Origin: Alphaproteobacteria bacterium
GTDB taxonomy: Bacteria > Pseudomonadota > Alphaproteobacteria > CALKHQ01
Assembly: GCA_965227515.1 (NCBI GenBank)
Contig: CBDDFZ010000001.1
Location: 800,001-864,000, forward strand
Direction of reading: 5' to 3'
DNA length: 64,000 nucleotides
In this document: in pieces, positions 8,039 to 17,810 of the stretch
Numbering within the stretch: the first letter of the stretch is position 1
Layout: each line of letters begins with the position of its first letter
Notes under the pieces: generated by a model
What the model was told of the DNA's origin: nothing
The model's input: the letters and a program-made list of their open reading frames with translations, nothing else
The model's database searches: none
Position numbers and translations under genes: made by a program

Positions 8039-9082
8039 TCATGCTGTCGCCATCGCCGGGCGCACCGGTCCGGCATGGTTGAACGGTGTGCCGTCAACCC
8101 ACATCCGGTGCATGATCACGGCGAGCCGGCGCGCCAGCGCGACCTTCGCCTTCCTCATGCCCGCACGCCTGGCCAGCTTCATCGCCCAGCTCTTCAGCCA
8201 GCCGCCCTCGATCGGCCGGGTCAGAACCACGTGTGCCGCCTCATAGAGGGCCGAGCGCACATCGGCGTCCCCTACCTTCGATATCCGCCCCATCACCTCG
8301 CTCTCGCCCGACTGGCGCTTGGTCGGCGTCAGGCCGAAGTGCGCACCCACCAGGCGCGACGAGGCAAACCGCCCGGGGTCGTCCACTCCCGACAAGTAGG
8401 TCAGTCCGACAATGCTCCCCACGCCCGGCACCGTCATCAGCAGGCGAGCGCGATCGTCGGCCTGCGCCGCCGCCCGGACCTGCCGGTCCAGCGCCGTGAA
8501 CGATAGCAACAGGCCATCGCGTGCCGACAGCAGCGCCCCCGCCACCGCCTCCAGTACCGGATGCCCCGCCACAAGCTCCGAAATACGTGTCGAAAAGCTG
8601 CGCCTGGTGGTGTGCCCTACCTTCAGCCCGAAGTTCCGCAGCTGACCACGAAGGTGCATCTCAAGATCGTGCAGCTTCGCGCGGAGCTGGTCGCGACCCT
8701 TCAAAAGGGCCCGCATCTCCTGGGCCGCCAAAGACTTGCAGTGAACCGGACGAAACCAGCCCACACGCATCAGCTGAGCAATCCCGCGTGCGTCCGAGCG
8801 GTCCGACTTCACCGGCATCGTCGAAAGGGCCCGCGCAACATGACGCGTCTCCAGCAACTCAACCGAAAGACCGCCCTGCGCGCACTCCCGCACAAGCCAT
8901 TGCGACAACGGCCCCGCCTCAAGACCAATCCGCTCAACCGAAATCCCCAAAGACCCAAACCACAACAACAAACCCGCCGGCGTGCTCGCAATACGAGCCT
9001 CGCAGACAATCCCGCCCGCGCCGTCAACAACGCATACCGATGACCATTCCAAAGAAACGTCAATCCCGGCATAGTAGTTCAT
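8039..9082 (-). CDS. IS110 family transposase/recombinase
   Basis: DEDD RuvC-like motifs YAGIDVS, GLEAG and KSDRSDARGIA. C-terminal TVPGVG, RQSGE and ISKVGD. Confidence 0.96.
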   Translation of the reverse strand: MNYYAGIDVSLEWSSVCVVDGAGGIVCEARIASTPAGLLLWFGSLGISVERIGLEAGPLSQWLVRECAQGGLSVELLETRHVARALSTMPVKSDRSDARGIAQLMRVGWFRPVHCKSLAAQEMRALLKGRDQLRAKLHDLEMHLRGQLRNFGLKVGHTTRRSFSTRISELVAGHPVLEAVAGALLSARDGLLLSFTALDRQVRAAAQADDRARLLMTVPGVGSIVGLTYLSGVDDPGRFASSRLVGAHFGLTPTKRQSGESEVMGRISKVGDADVRSALYEAAHVVLTRPIEGGWLKSWAMKLARRAGMRKAKVALARRLAVIMHRMWVDGTPFNHAGPVRPAMATA

Positions 9083-9244
9083 GGTCGTCTCTCCTCGATG
9101 TCTTGGAGCGGCAAACCCGACTCCGTGTATGACACCGACATCTTGAGGGACGACCACTCATGCACGCCACCAAACAAGGGCCGTTAGCCCATCTACGGGT
9201 TTTCTTGCCAATGGCATCTTGAGGTCGCGGCTGATTGCGCCGCG

Positions 9245-9309
9245 CCCCTCACCTTCCCAGCCTATGGCTGGGCCCCTTCCTCTCCCGCACCGCTTCGCGG
9301 CGGGGAGAG
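9245..9309. repeat. CCCTCACC/CTCTCCC...GGGAGAG hairpin repeat
   Basis: Same style as 31909-32086 and 59902-59930. Confidence 0.6.
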
Positions 9310-9346
9310 ATGATTTGGACGCGCTTCGCGATGACGATGTAGGCAC

Positions 9347-12300
9347 CTACCGCTGGTCGAGCTTGATCTCGATGCGGCGGTTCTGGCGCAGGGACTCGTC
9401 GTCCTCGCCCTCGCTGAGCGGCTGATATTCGCCGAAGCCGGCGGCGACCAGCCGGTTGGGCGGAATGCCGCGCGAGATCAGGTATTCCACCACCGAGATC
9501 GCGCGCGCCGACGACAGCTCCCAGTTCGACGGGAACTCGCGGGTGTTGATCGGCACCACGTCGGTGTGGCCGTCGACCCGCAGCACCCACTGGATGTCGT
9601 CGGGAATGGTATCGGCGATGCCGAGCAGTGTATCGGCGATCTGGTCCAGTTGCGCCCGGCCTTCCGGGCCGATTCGCGCGTCGCCCGAGGCGAACAGCAC
9701 CTCCGACTGCAGCACGAAGCGATCGCCGACGATGCGGATGTCCTCGCGGTTGCCGATGGCCTCGCGCAGGCGGCCGAAGAACTCGGACCGGTAGCTCGCC
9801 AGCTCCTCCACCCGGTCGATCAGCGCGGTGTTGAGCCGGTTCGACAGGTTGACGATTTCCACGTCCTGCTCGGCGATATGAAGTTCGGCCCGGTCCAGTG
9901 CACCGGTCAACCGTTCCAGTTCGGCGCGCAGCGCCATCAGTTCCTCGTTAAGGGCGCTGATCCGCTCCGCCGCCTCCTCATAGCGGGTTTCGGCCACCAC
10001 CAGGTCGGCTTCCAGGCTGCGGTTCTCGTCCCGCGTGGCCGTCAGGTCGCGATAGAGCTGGCCGGTGTCGGCGCTGGCGTCGGCCAGATCGCTGGCCATG
10101 GCGGCAAGGTCGGCGGCGAGCCGCGCGCGTTCTTCCTCGCTCAGAGCAAGCGCGTCCTCGGCTTCCTGCAGCCCCGCCGACAGCTCGGTGATCTGGGTGC
10201 GCAAGGCATCGCGCAGCGCCGTCAGTTCGCCGATTTCGACCAGCCGCGCCTCAAGCGTGGCGTCGCGGGCCGACAGGTCGGCTTCCTGGGAGGCAATCTC
10301 GTCCTGCAGCTCCTCGGTGCGGGCCAGCAGCAGCGCGATCTCCGAATCCCGCTCCTCCATGTCGGCGAGCAACTGGTCGCGCAGGGCCAGCAAGGCGGCG
10401 ATCTCCGACTCCCGGCCGGCGAGGTCGCTGTTGAGTTGCGTGCGCAGGGCGACCAGGGCCGCCAGCTCGCCACGCACCGCGGCCAGCTCGCGCTCCCGCG
10501 CGGCCACGGCCTCGTTCAGTTCGGCGACATAGGCTTCAAGGTCCAGTACCTCGGCCTCGGCAGCACTCAGGTCTTGGCGCAGTTCGTCACGCTCGCCAAC
10601 TGCCGCCGCCAGCGCGGCGTCGCGCTCGGCCAGCGTCTGGGCCAGTTGCTCCTGCTCGCGGGTCAGTGCGTCCAGCGCCGCCTCGCGCTCGGCAAGCGCC
10701 TGGGCCAGCAGCTCGCGCTGTGCCTGGGCCTGGGCGGCCAGGGCAGTCTGCTCGTCGATGGAGTCGGCGAGCGCGGTCTCGGACTGCTCCAGTTCGCTGA
10801 TGGAGGCTTCCGCCAAGGCGGCCCGCGCCAACGCGGCATCGCGCTCGGCCAGCGCCGTTGCCAGGTCGTCGCGCACCTGGGCCAGTTCGGCCAACTCGGC
10901 GACCTGTGCCGCCATGTCGTCCTCGAGTGCGGCGCGCGCCAGTTCCAGTTCGGCGATCGCGGCATCGCGTGCGTCCAGGGTCTGGCTCAAGAGGTCGTAC
11001 TGGTCGGCGGCCAGCGCCAGCGCCGCGTCGCGTTCCGCCAGCGCATCGGCCAGCGCCTCGCGCGCGGCCTCCAGCGATGCCAGGTCGCCCTCTGTCTCCG
11101 CCAAGGTGCCGGCAAGCTCATCGCGCTCGGCGGTCAACGACGACAAGGCGGCATCGCGCTCCGCGACGGCGGCCGCCAGTTCGGCGCTGCGCTGCTGGGC
11201 CAGCGCCAGGGCGGCGTTACGCTGCGCCAGCGTCTCCGCCAGCGCATCGCGGGACTGCGCGGCCTGGGCCAGTGCTGCCTCGGTTTCCGCCAGTGCCGCG
11301 GTCTGGGTGTCCAGGCGCTCGGTCAACGCATCGGCCTGGCCGGAGGCGGCGTCCATCTCGGCTTCCAGGCCGCTGATCGTTTCGGTCTGGTTCGCCATCG
11401 CGGTCTCGAGCGCCTCGGCCATCGCCCCGACCTCGTCCAGCGCCTCGTCGCGCGCCGCCAGGTCGGCGGCCAGGGTATCGGTGCGCGCTTCCAGTTCGGC
11501 GATCAGCGCGTCGCGCTCGGCCAGCACCTCGGCCAGTGCCGCGCTCCGTTGCTCGGCCGCCGCCAGCGCCGCGTCGCGCTCGGCCAGCAGCGCTTCCAGT
11601 TCGGTCTCGCGGGTGGCGAACGCGAGGATCTCGTCCTCGCGTTGCTCCAGCTCGGCGTTCAGCGCGTCGCGCAGCGCCATCAGCGCCACCACCTCCTTGC
11701 GCAGGTCGCCGATGACGCGACGGTCGCCGGCCAGCGACTGCTCCAGGTCGGTGGCCTCGGCCAGCAGACCCTCGATCTGCAACCCCTGTTCGTCGAGCGA
11801 GGCCTGCAGCCGGTCGCGCAGCGCGGTGAGGGTGACGATTTCCTCGCGCAGCTGATCGCGCTCGGCCTCGGTCTCCGCCAGCGAGCCGGTCAGGGTTTCG
11901 GCCTGGGCGGTCAGCGCCGCGATCTCCTCGTCGCGCCCCGCAAGTTCGGATTCCAGCTCGTCGCGGATGGCGTAGAGGACCGCGATCTCCTCGCGCATGT
12001 CGGCGACAGTCTCGTCGCGCGCGGCCAGGTCGGCGGCGGTCTCGTCGACCTGCAGCTCCAGTGCGAGAATGCGCTCCTGCTGCTCGCGGCTGAGCGCGGA
12101 AAGCTGCTCGTTCGAGGCCTGGGCATCGGCAAGCTGGCCCTCGAGCGCGCTGAGCTCCTGGCGCAACTGGTCGCGCAGGGCGGACAGCGCGGCGGTTTCC
12201 TGGCGCACATCGGCAAGCTGGTTGGTGCGCTCCAGAAGCTGGGTGTTGAGCTGCTCCGAGAGTTGGTTGAGATCGGCGATGGAGCCGTCGCGCGCGGCCA

Positions 12301-13111
12301 CCTGCGCACGCAGGTCGTCGCGCAGTACGATGAGCGCCGCCACCTCGGTGACCGCATCCTCCAGGTCGGCGGCGAGCGCATCGCGTTCCGCTTCCGCGGT
12401 GGCCAGGCTCTCGGACAAGTCGTTGCGGTTGGCGTTGGCGTCGGCGAGTGCTGCCTGCAGGGCCGCGATATTGGCTTCGCGGCCCCCCAACTCGGCCTCC
12501 AGACCGGCGGCGCGCTCTTCCTGTGCTTCCAGCAACGCCGCCAGTTCCACCACCCGGTTCTCGAGCTGGCCGCGCACGTCGGTCAGGGTCGCGATGTCCT
12601 GCTCAAGTGCGGCGAGGTCCAGGGCCTGCTGGCTGATGGTCGCATCGCTCTCCGCGATCGTCTGCTCGGCCTCGGCAAGCTGTTGCTCGGCGGAGTCGGC
12701 GCGCGCGGTCGCCGCCGCCAGCCGGCCTTGCAGGCCGACCCGGTCGGTCTCCGCGGCTTCCAGGGCAGCCGTCAGCTCATCGCGGGTGGCGGTCAGGTCG
12801 CTGACCTGGGCGCTCAGTTGGTCGCGCGCGTCGTTGGCATCGGCCAGGTCGGCGGTCAGGGAGTCGACATTCAGGCGCAGGTCGGCATTGGACTGGCGTT
12901 CCAGCACCAGCATGCTGTTGAGCTCGTCGACCAGCTCGTTGAGTTCGCTCAGCCGCTCGTCGCGCCCGATCAGCGCGTCGTTCAGGAAGAACTGGGAGAT
13001 GGTGAAGATCAGCAGCAGGAAGATGATGACCATCAACAGCGTGGCCAGGGCATCCACGAAGCCCGGCCAGATGTTGGGGCTCGACCGCCGTGTCCGTGTC
13101 AGGCCTGGCAT
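9347..13111 (-). CDS. MotB/OmpA-family peptidoglycan-binding protein with a giant coiled coil
   Basis: N-terminal WPGFVDALATLL TM (MotB-type Asp), about 1,050 aa of A/L/E-rich heptads, and a C-terminal OmpA domain (VLFASG, VDGHTD, NWELSSARA, NRRIEI). Confidence 0.88.
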   Translation of the reverse strand: MPGLTRTRRSSPNIWPGFVDALATLLMVIIFLLLIFTISQFFLNDALIGRDERLSELNELVDELNSMLVLERQSNADLRLNVDSLTADLADANDARDQLSAQVSDLTATRDELTAALEAAETDRVGLQGRLAAATARADSAEQQLAEAEQTIAESDATISQQALDLAALEQDIATLTDVRGQLENRVVELAALLEAQEERAAGLEAELGGREANIAALQAALADANANRNDLSESLATAEAERDALAADLEDAVTEVAALIVLRDDLRAQVAARDGSIADLNQLSEQLNTQLLERTNQLADVRQETAALSALRDQLRQELSALEGQLADAQASNEQLSALSREQQERILALELQVDETAADLAARDETVADMREEIAVLYAIRDELESELAGRDEEIAALTAQAETLTGSLAETEAERDQLREEIVTLTALRDRLQASLDEQGLQIEGLLAEATDLEQSLAGDRRVIGDLRKEVVALMALRDALNAELEQREDEILAFATRETELEALLAERDAALAAAEQRSAALAEVLAERDALIAELEARTDTLAADLAARDEALDEVGAMAEALETAMANQTETISGLEAEMDAASGQADALTERLDTQTAALAETEAALAQAAQSRDALAETLAQRNAALALAQQRSAELAAAVAERDAALSSLTAERDELAGTLAETEGDLASLEAAREALADALAERDAALALAADQYDLLSQTLDARDAAIAELELARAALEDDMAAQVAELAELAQVRDDLATALAERDAALARAALAEASISELEQSETALADSIDEQTALAAQAQAQRELLAQALAEREAALDALTREQEQLAQTLAERDAALAAAVGERDELRQDLSAAEAEVLDLEAYVAELNEAVAARERELAAVRGELAALVALRTQLNSDLAGRESEIAALLALRDQLLADMEERDSEIALLLARTEELQDEIASQEADLSARDATLEARLVEIGELTALRDALRTQITELSAGLQEAEDALALSEEERARLAADLAAMASDLADASADTGQLYRDLTATRDENRSLEADLVVAETRYEEAAERISALNEELMALRAELERLTGALDRAELHIAEQDVEIVNLSNRLNTALIDRVEELASYRSEFFGRLREAIGNREDIRIVGDRFVLQSEVLFASGDARIGPEGRAQLDQIADTLLGIADTIPDDIQWVLRVDGHTDVVPINTREFPSNWELSSARAISVVEYLISRGIPPNRLVAAGFGEYQPLSEGEDDESLRQNRRIEIKLDQR

Positions 13112-13179
13112 GCCGTGGTCACTCCGCCATCATCCTTCGCGTGGTGTATGAACATGCGGTGCCCGCCGCTCGGCAGGAC

Positions 13180-14325
13180 TTAGCTTCGCGAATCGTCCGC
13201 CAGGGCCGCGATGGTGCGTGTCAGCGTCTTGATCTCGCTGCGGATCTCCTGCACCGCGTCGCTGCGGCCGGCCGCCAGCTCGTCAAGCAGCCGGGCGGCA
13301 TAGATCTCGATGTTGCGAATGTGCGAGCGAGACGCATCGTCGAAGCCCATGTTGCCGCTGGACATGCTATCCGACAATCGGGCCAAAATCGGACGCAGTT
13401 CCACCTGGGCCTCGGCCAGCCGCACCATCAGCGCCTGCTCGGCCTTCATCTGGTCGGTCAGCGTGGTCAGCCGCTCGGTCAGCGCCATCAAATTGGCGTT
13501 GGTCTGCGACCGCCCTTCCTCGCCGCGCACGATGGTGCGCTGCAGGCTCTCCAGGCTTTCCGCCGACTGCTCAAGAAGGGCCTGGATGTAGGCCGGCACC
13601 GACCCTTCGCCCTCGGCCAGCAGCGAGCCGCTGGACAGCCGGGTGACGCTGGAGAGCCACTCCTCCAGGTCATTGTAGAAACGGTTCTGCGCCTGGCCGG
13701 CCTGCAGTTCGAGAAACCCAAGGGCGAGCGAGCCGGCAAGGCCGAACAGGGACGAGCTGAACGCTGTCCCCATGCCCGAGATCGGTTCCTCCAGCCCGCG
13801 CTTCAGGTCGTCGAAGATCGACGGCAGGTCGGCGCCGCCGGTCACTTCCATCGCCTCGATCACGTCGCCGATGGCCCCCACCGTCTGCAACAGGCCCCAG
13901 AAGGTGCCCAGCAGGCCGAGGAAGATCAGCAGGCCGATAAAGTAGCGCGAAATATCCCGCGACTCGTCCAGCCGCGAGCCGATGGTGTCCAACAGCGAGC
14001 GCATCGACGCGGTCGACAGGCTGACACGCCCCACCCGCTCGCCGAGCAGCGTCGCCATCGGCGACAACAGCTTCGGTGGCTTGGTGATCGGCGTGTCCAC
14101 CTTCATCTGGCGGTAGTTGTCCAGCCACGCCACCTCAGGCCCTAGCAGAACGACCTGGCGGAAAATGTGAATGATGCCCAGCACCAGCACGCCCAGGATC
14201 ATGCCGTTCAGCACCGGGTTGGCCATGAAGGCATCGACCAGCGCGCCATAGATCAGCGCGACGCCAATGGCGAACAGCGCCACGAAGGCGGCCATGCGAA
14301 CCAGGTAGCGGTATGGCTTCGTCAT
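13180..14325 (-). CDS. MotA/TolQ/ExbB-family membrane protein
   Basis: FLGLLGTFWGLL and GMGTAFSSSLFGLAGSL TM motifs. Directly upstream of the MotB-like gene. Confidence 0.88.
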   Translation of the reverse strand: MTKPYRYLVRMAAFVALFAIGVALIYGALVDAFMANPVLNGMILGVLVLGIIHIFRQVVLLGPEVAWLDNYRQMKVDTPITKPPKLLSPMATLLGERVGRVSLSTASMRSLLDTIGSRLDESRDISRYFIGLLIFLGLLGTFWGLLQTVGAIGDVIEAMEVTGGADLPSIFDDLKRGLEEPISGMGTAFSSSLFGLAGSLALGFLELQAGQAQNRFYNDLEEWLSSVTRLSSGSLLAEGEGSVPAYIQALLEQSAESLESLQRTIVRGEEGRSQTNANLMALTERLTTLTDQMKAEQALMVRLAEAQVELRPILARLSDSMSSGNMGFDDASRSHIRNIEIYAARLLDELAAGRSDAVQEIRSEIKTLTRTIAALADDSRS

Positions 14326-14496
14326 CGGTTCCGACCGGGCACCGGGGTGGCTTCAGGCGCGCGGGAACATGCGCAACGGTGGACGGCGGCCACGGGAGTC
14401 GACCGCCACCGACCGTTCATGCCCTGGACGGCTGGCAATGGCAATGTCGGAACGGGGGCAATGACGGAGCGGGTGCGCTGACACCTACCGGGCCGC

Positions 14497-15999
14497 CTAC
14501 TGGCTGACCAGCTCCAGGTCGACCCGGTCCTGCGGCGCTTCGGTGCGGTGGCCGAGCGCGCGCACGTCCATGCGCGGCCCGCGCACGCCCTGCTCGATCA
14601 GATAGGACCGCACGGCCAGCGCGCGCGACAGCGACAGGCGCCGGGCGACACTGGCGGTGTCGACGGTGCCGGCCGCATAGGCGCGGATGGTGAGCCTGAG
14701 GCTGTCGTCGCTCAACAACTGCTGCGCCACACCGCGCAGCTCATCGAGCGACTCCTGCGGCAACTCGCTCTCGCCGTTCGGGAACGCCACCGAGACTGCG
14801 ATGCCACCCACCGAGGCCACGTCAGGCGGCGGCGGGGGCGGGTCTTGTGCCGGTGGGTCTTGGGCCGGCGGATCGGGCACCACCGGGTCCGGCGGCGGCG
14901 GCAAGTTGTCGTCGCCACTGGCCGTCTCGGTGGGCGGCGGCGTGGGTGTCGGTGTGGGCGGCGGCGTCACGTCGACCACGTCGTCGTCGCGCGTGCCGGG
15001 TGGCGGTGGCGGCGGCGTGATCTGCGGGTCCGGCGGCGGCGGTGGGTCGGCCGGCGGCGTTGCGCTGGCGATTGCCGGCGGGTCCGGCGGCGCCGCGGGT
15101 GGGTCGGGCTGAAGCGCCGGTGTCGGCGGCGGGGTGGTCGGCTCGTCGACGATGGTCGGCGGCACGAAGTCGCTGTCCGCGGCGGCGGTGTCCTGGCTCG
15201 GCGCCTGCGGCGGCGCGGGTGGCGGCGTCACGTCGGCGGAGGCCGGCACATCCGTGCGCTCGACGATCACCGGAACGGCCGGCACGTCGGCCGGTGCCGG
15301 CGGCAGGTCCGGCGGTGCCGGAGGGGTGGCCGAGGCGACCTGCGGCGTCTGTGTCTGGACCGGTTGGGTAACCTGGGGCTGGACGACCTGCGGCTGCGCC
15401 ACCTGCGGCGGGGTCGCCGGCAGCACGGCGGTGCCGTAGCTCAGTTGCGCCTGGGCATTGCCCGGGGCCGGCACGCCTGGCTGGATATAGAGTTGCGACC
15501 CTGGGGCCACCGGTCCCGGCACGTTCAGGCCGCCGGCCTGGCCATAGACACCGCGCGGGTAACCGGGCGCGCCCTGCTGGCCATATGGCTGCGCATAGCC
15601 TTGGCCGTATTGCTGCGGCGGCGCATAGGCGGCCACGCCGCCCTGGTTCGCGTAATATGGCGGCTGGTAACCGCCGCCGAGCACGCTGGGGTCGTACATG
15701 ATGCTGCCGCCGCTGCCGACGACCGCGCCGCCACCGTAGGGCTGGCCGTAGGCCTGGCCATAGGCAGGCTGACCGTACGGCTGACCGTAGGCCGGCTGGG
15801 GCGCGGCACCGCCCTGCTGCAGCGCCGAATAGGGCACCGGACCGCCGGCGAACGGATCGACGACCCCGTAGCCCTGGGGCTGGCCGTACTGCGCCTCGGC
15901 CGCGGCACTGACCAGAACCATCGCGGCCGATCCCAGAAGGGCGGCCTTGCAGATGCGCAGGCGCCCTGTCGCTGTGTTGGTCGTCGCTTTGTCGGTCAT
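14497..15999 (-). CDS. Secreted Pro-rich, low-complexity OmpA-domain protein
   Basis: Signal peptide (AAAEA), YGQP repeats, Pro/Asp-rich linker, C-terminal LSLSRALAVRSYLIEQGV and DRVDL. Confidence 0.8.
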   Translation of the reverse strand: MTDKATTNTATGRLRICKAALLGSAAMVLVSAAAEAQYGQPQGYGVVDPFAGGPVPYSALQQGGAAPQPAYGQPYGQPAYGQAYGQPYGGGAVVGSGGSIMYDPSVLGGGYQPPYYANQGGVAAYAPPQQYGQGYAQPYGQQGAPGYPRGVYGQAGGLNVPGPVAPGSQLYIQPGVPAPGNAQAQLSYGTAVLPATPPQVAQPQVVQPQVTQPVQTQTPQVASATPPAPPDLPPAPADVPAVPVIVERTDVPASADVTPPPAPPQAPSQDTAAADSDFVPPTIVDEPTTPPPTPALQPDPPAAPPDPPAIASATPPADPPPPPDPQITPPPPPPGTRDDDVVDVTPPPTPTPTPPPTETASGDDNLPPPPDPVVPDPPAQDPPAQDPPPPPPDVASVGGIAVSVAFPNGESELPQESLDELRGVAQQLLSDDSLRLTIRAYAAGTVDTASVARRLSLSRALAVRSYLIEQGVRGPRMDVRALGHRTEAPQDRVDLELVSQ

Positions 16000-16277
16000 G
16001 GTGTCAATCCTGTCGCGTCGACTGCATTGATGCGGTGGGGCATCGTCACCCGCCTCGCGGGCCCCGCGATGGCGGCCAACGCCGCACATGAGCCCTCATC
16101 AAGGGCGCCGAATGTATTCGATCTGGCGTCGCCTACCCTACGCATACCCTATTCTCGGCTGGAATGCGGCAAATCTTGGACACGGCCGCACGAAACCTAA
16201 CCGAATCGTCATCAACCCACCATAACGGGCGAACATGGTTAACGAAACGTTTTGCCGGTCGGTTCGCCGCGGCGGTG

Positions 16278-17099
16278 TTATCCCGCCGTCTTCAGCACCT
16301 TCCTGAGCGCATTGTGCACATTATCGTTGCCCGCCAGGATGCTGAGCTTGCCGATCGGGTCCGGCCCGCCGGCGACGTCGGAGACCATGCCGCCCGCCTC
16401 GCGCACCAGAACGATGCCGGCCGCCATGTCCCAGGGCGAGATCGTGCCTTCCCAGAAGCCGTCGAACCGGCCGGCCGCGGTGTAGGCGAGGTCGATGGCA
16501 GCCGAACCGAAGCGGCGGATGGTGGCCCCGGCATCCGATACCTTGTCGAACTCGGCCAGGAAGCGGGCCCGCTTGTCCGGCGCCAGCGCGGATCCGGGAT
16601 TCAGCCCGGTCGCCAGCAGGCAGTCGGTCAGCTTCACCCGGCTGGCCACCCGCAGCCGCCGGTCGAGCGCGCGCCGGTCGGCGACATAGGCGCCGACGCC
16701 GCGTTCGGCCCAGAACAGCTCGTCGCGGATCGGGTCGTAGACGACGCCGGCAATCACCTCCTTGTCGCGCTCCAGCCCGATGGAGATCGCCCAGTGCGGA
16801 ATGCCGTGCAGGAAGTTGTTGGTGCCGTCCAGCGGGTCGACCAGCCAGCGGTGCTGGCCGTCGCCGGCCACCTCGCCGCCCTCTTCCAGCAGGAAGCCGT
16901 ATTCGGGGCGCGCGCGCTCCAGCTCCTCGCGGATGATCTTTTCGGCACGGAAATCGGCCTGGCTGACGAAATCGCCCGGCCCCTTGCGCGAGACCTGCAG
17001 GTTCTCGACCTCGCCGAAGTCGTGCAGCAGGCTGCGGGCAGCCTTCAGCGCCGCCTTGGCCATGACATTGATGGTGGGCGACCGGCGCGACGTGGCCAT
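16278..17099 (-). CDS. suhB: Inositol monophosphatase family protein
   Basis: WLVDPLDGTNNFLHG, RRFGSAAIDL and PWDMAAG. AGGAG RBS before ATG 17099. Confidence 0.93.
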   Translation of the reverse strand: MATSRRSPTINVMAKAALKAARSLLHDFGEVENLQVSRKGPGDFVSQADFRAEKIIREELERARPEYGFLLEEGGEVAGDGQHRWLVDPLDGTNNFLHGIPHWAISIGLERDKEVIAGVVYDPIRDELFWAERGVGAYVADRRALDRRLRVASRVKLTDCLLATGLNPGSALAPDKRARFLAEFDKVSDAGATIRRFGSAAIDLAYTAAGRFDGFWEGTISPWDMAAGIVLVREAGGMVSDVAGGPDPIGKLSILAGNDNVHNALRKVLKTAG

Positions 17100-17176
17100 G
17101 ACGGACTCCTGGAACGAGAGAATGGCCCGGCGGCAGCCGCCGGGATGGGCGCGGAACGAGAGCGGGCTGGCGCGCC

Positions 17177-17746
17177 CTAGTCCTTCGCGCGCTCCACATA
17201 GGTGAAGTCGACGGTGTTGACCACCACGCGGGTGCCGCTCTCGATGTGCGGCGGCACCATCACGCGCACGCCGTTCTCCAGCACCGCCGGCTTGTAGGAC
17301 GACGACGCGGTCTGGCCCTTGACCACCGCATCCGCCTCCACGATCTCCATGGTCACGTGCTGCGGCAGGGTCACCCCCAGCGTCGAGCCCTCGTGGCTTT
17401 CCACCGTCACCATCATGCCTTCCTGCAGGAACTTGGCGTGCTCGGCGCCGATCAGGTCTTCGCCGACGGTGATCTGCTCGTAGGTCTCGTTGTCCATGAA
17501 GGTGTGCTGGTCGCCCTCGGCGTAGAGATATTGATATTCCTTCTCGTCCAGCCGCGCGCGCTCGACCGTTTCCGACGCGCGGAACCGCTCGTTCAGCTTG
17601 GTGCCGTCGCGCAGGTTCTTCAGCTCGACCTGCATATAGGCCGGACCCTTGCCCGGCTTGACGTGCTGCACCTTGACCGCGCGCCACAGGCCGTCCTGGT
17701 GCTCGATGACGTTGCCCGGACGGACCTCGTTGCCATTGATCTTCAT
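17177..17746 (-). CDS. efp: Elongation factor P
   Basis: [10 protein letters not shown] and [12 protein letters not shown]. Confidence 0.97.
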   Translation of the reverse strand: MKINGNEVRPGNVIEHQDGLWRAVKVQHVKPGKGPAYMQVELKNLRDGTKLNERFRASETVERARLDEKEYQYLYAEGDQHTFMDNETYEQITVGEDLIGAEHAKFLQEGMMVTVESHEGSTLGVTLPQHVTMEIVEADAVVKGQTASSSYKPAVLENGVRVMVPPHIESGTRVVVNTVDFTYVERAKD

Positions 17747-17810
17747 GGATTGGGTTCAGTGGTGGTTGGAGTTGCGCGGCTTATAGCGGTGAGAACCGCA
17801 TGGTTCAATG

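Larger units (their letters stand above)
7775..9194 (-). mobile_element. IS110 family (IS1111-type) insertion sequence, about 1.42 kb, inserted in a REP
   Basis: CT dinucleotide core at both junctions (7773-7774, 9193-9194). Imperfect sub-terminal IRs at 7779-7791 and 9175-9186. Removing the element restores ATCCGGGCTACG. Confidence 0.92.

Noticed and set aside
9566-13183. 1,205-aa plus-strand ORF and many other long overlapping ORFs (e.g. 27361-29931, 35963-38119, 54932-57133)
   Set aside because: These are antisense shadows of real genes, expected at high GC. They have no recognisable motifs.
9347-14325. Zorya (ZorAB) anti-phage system
   Set aside because: No zorC/D/E neighbours. The long helical extension is on the B-like subunit, and the context is housekeeping (efp-suhB) with host-like composition.
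16237-16253. Possible CtrA box upstream of the Pro-rich OmpA gene
   Set aside because: Only one good TTAACC half-site.
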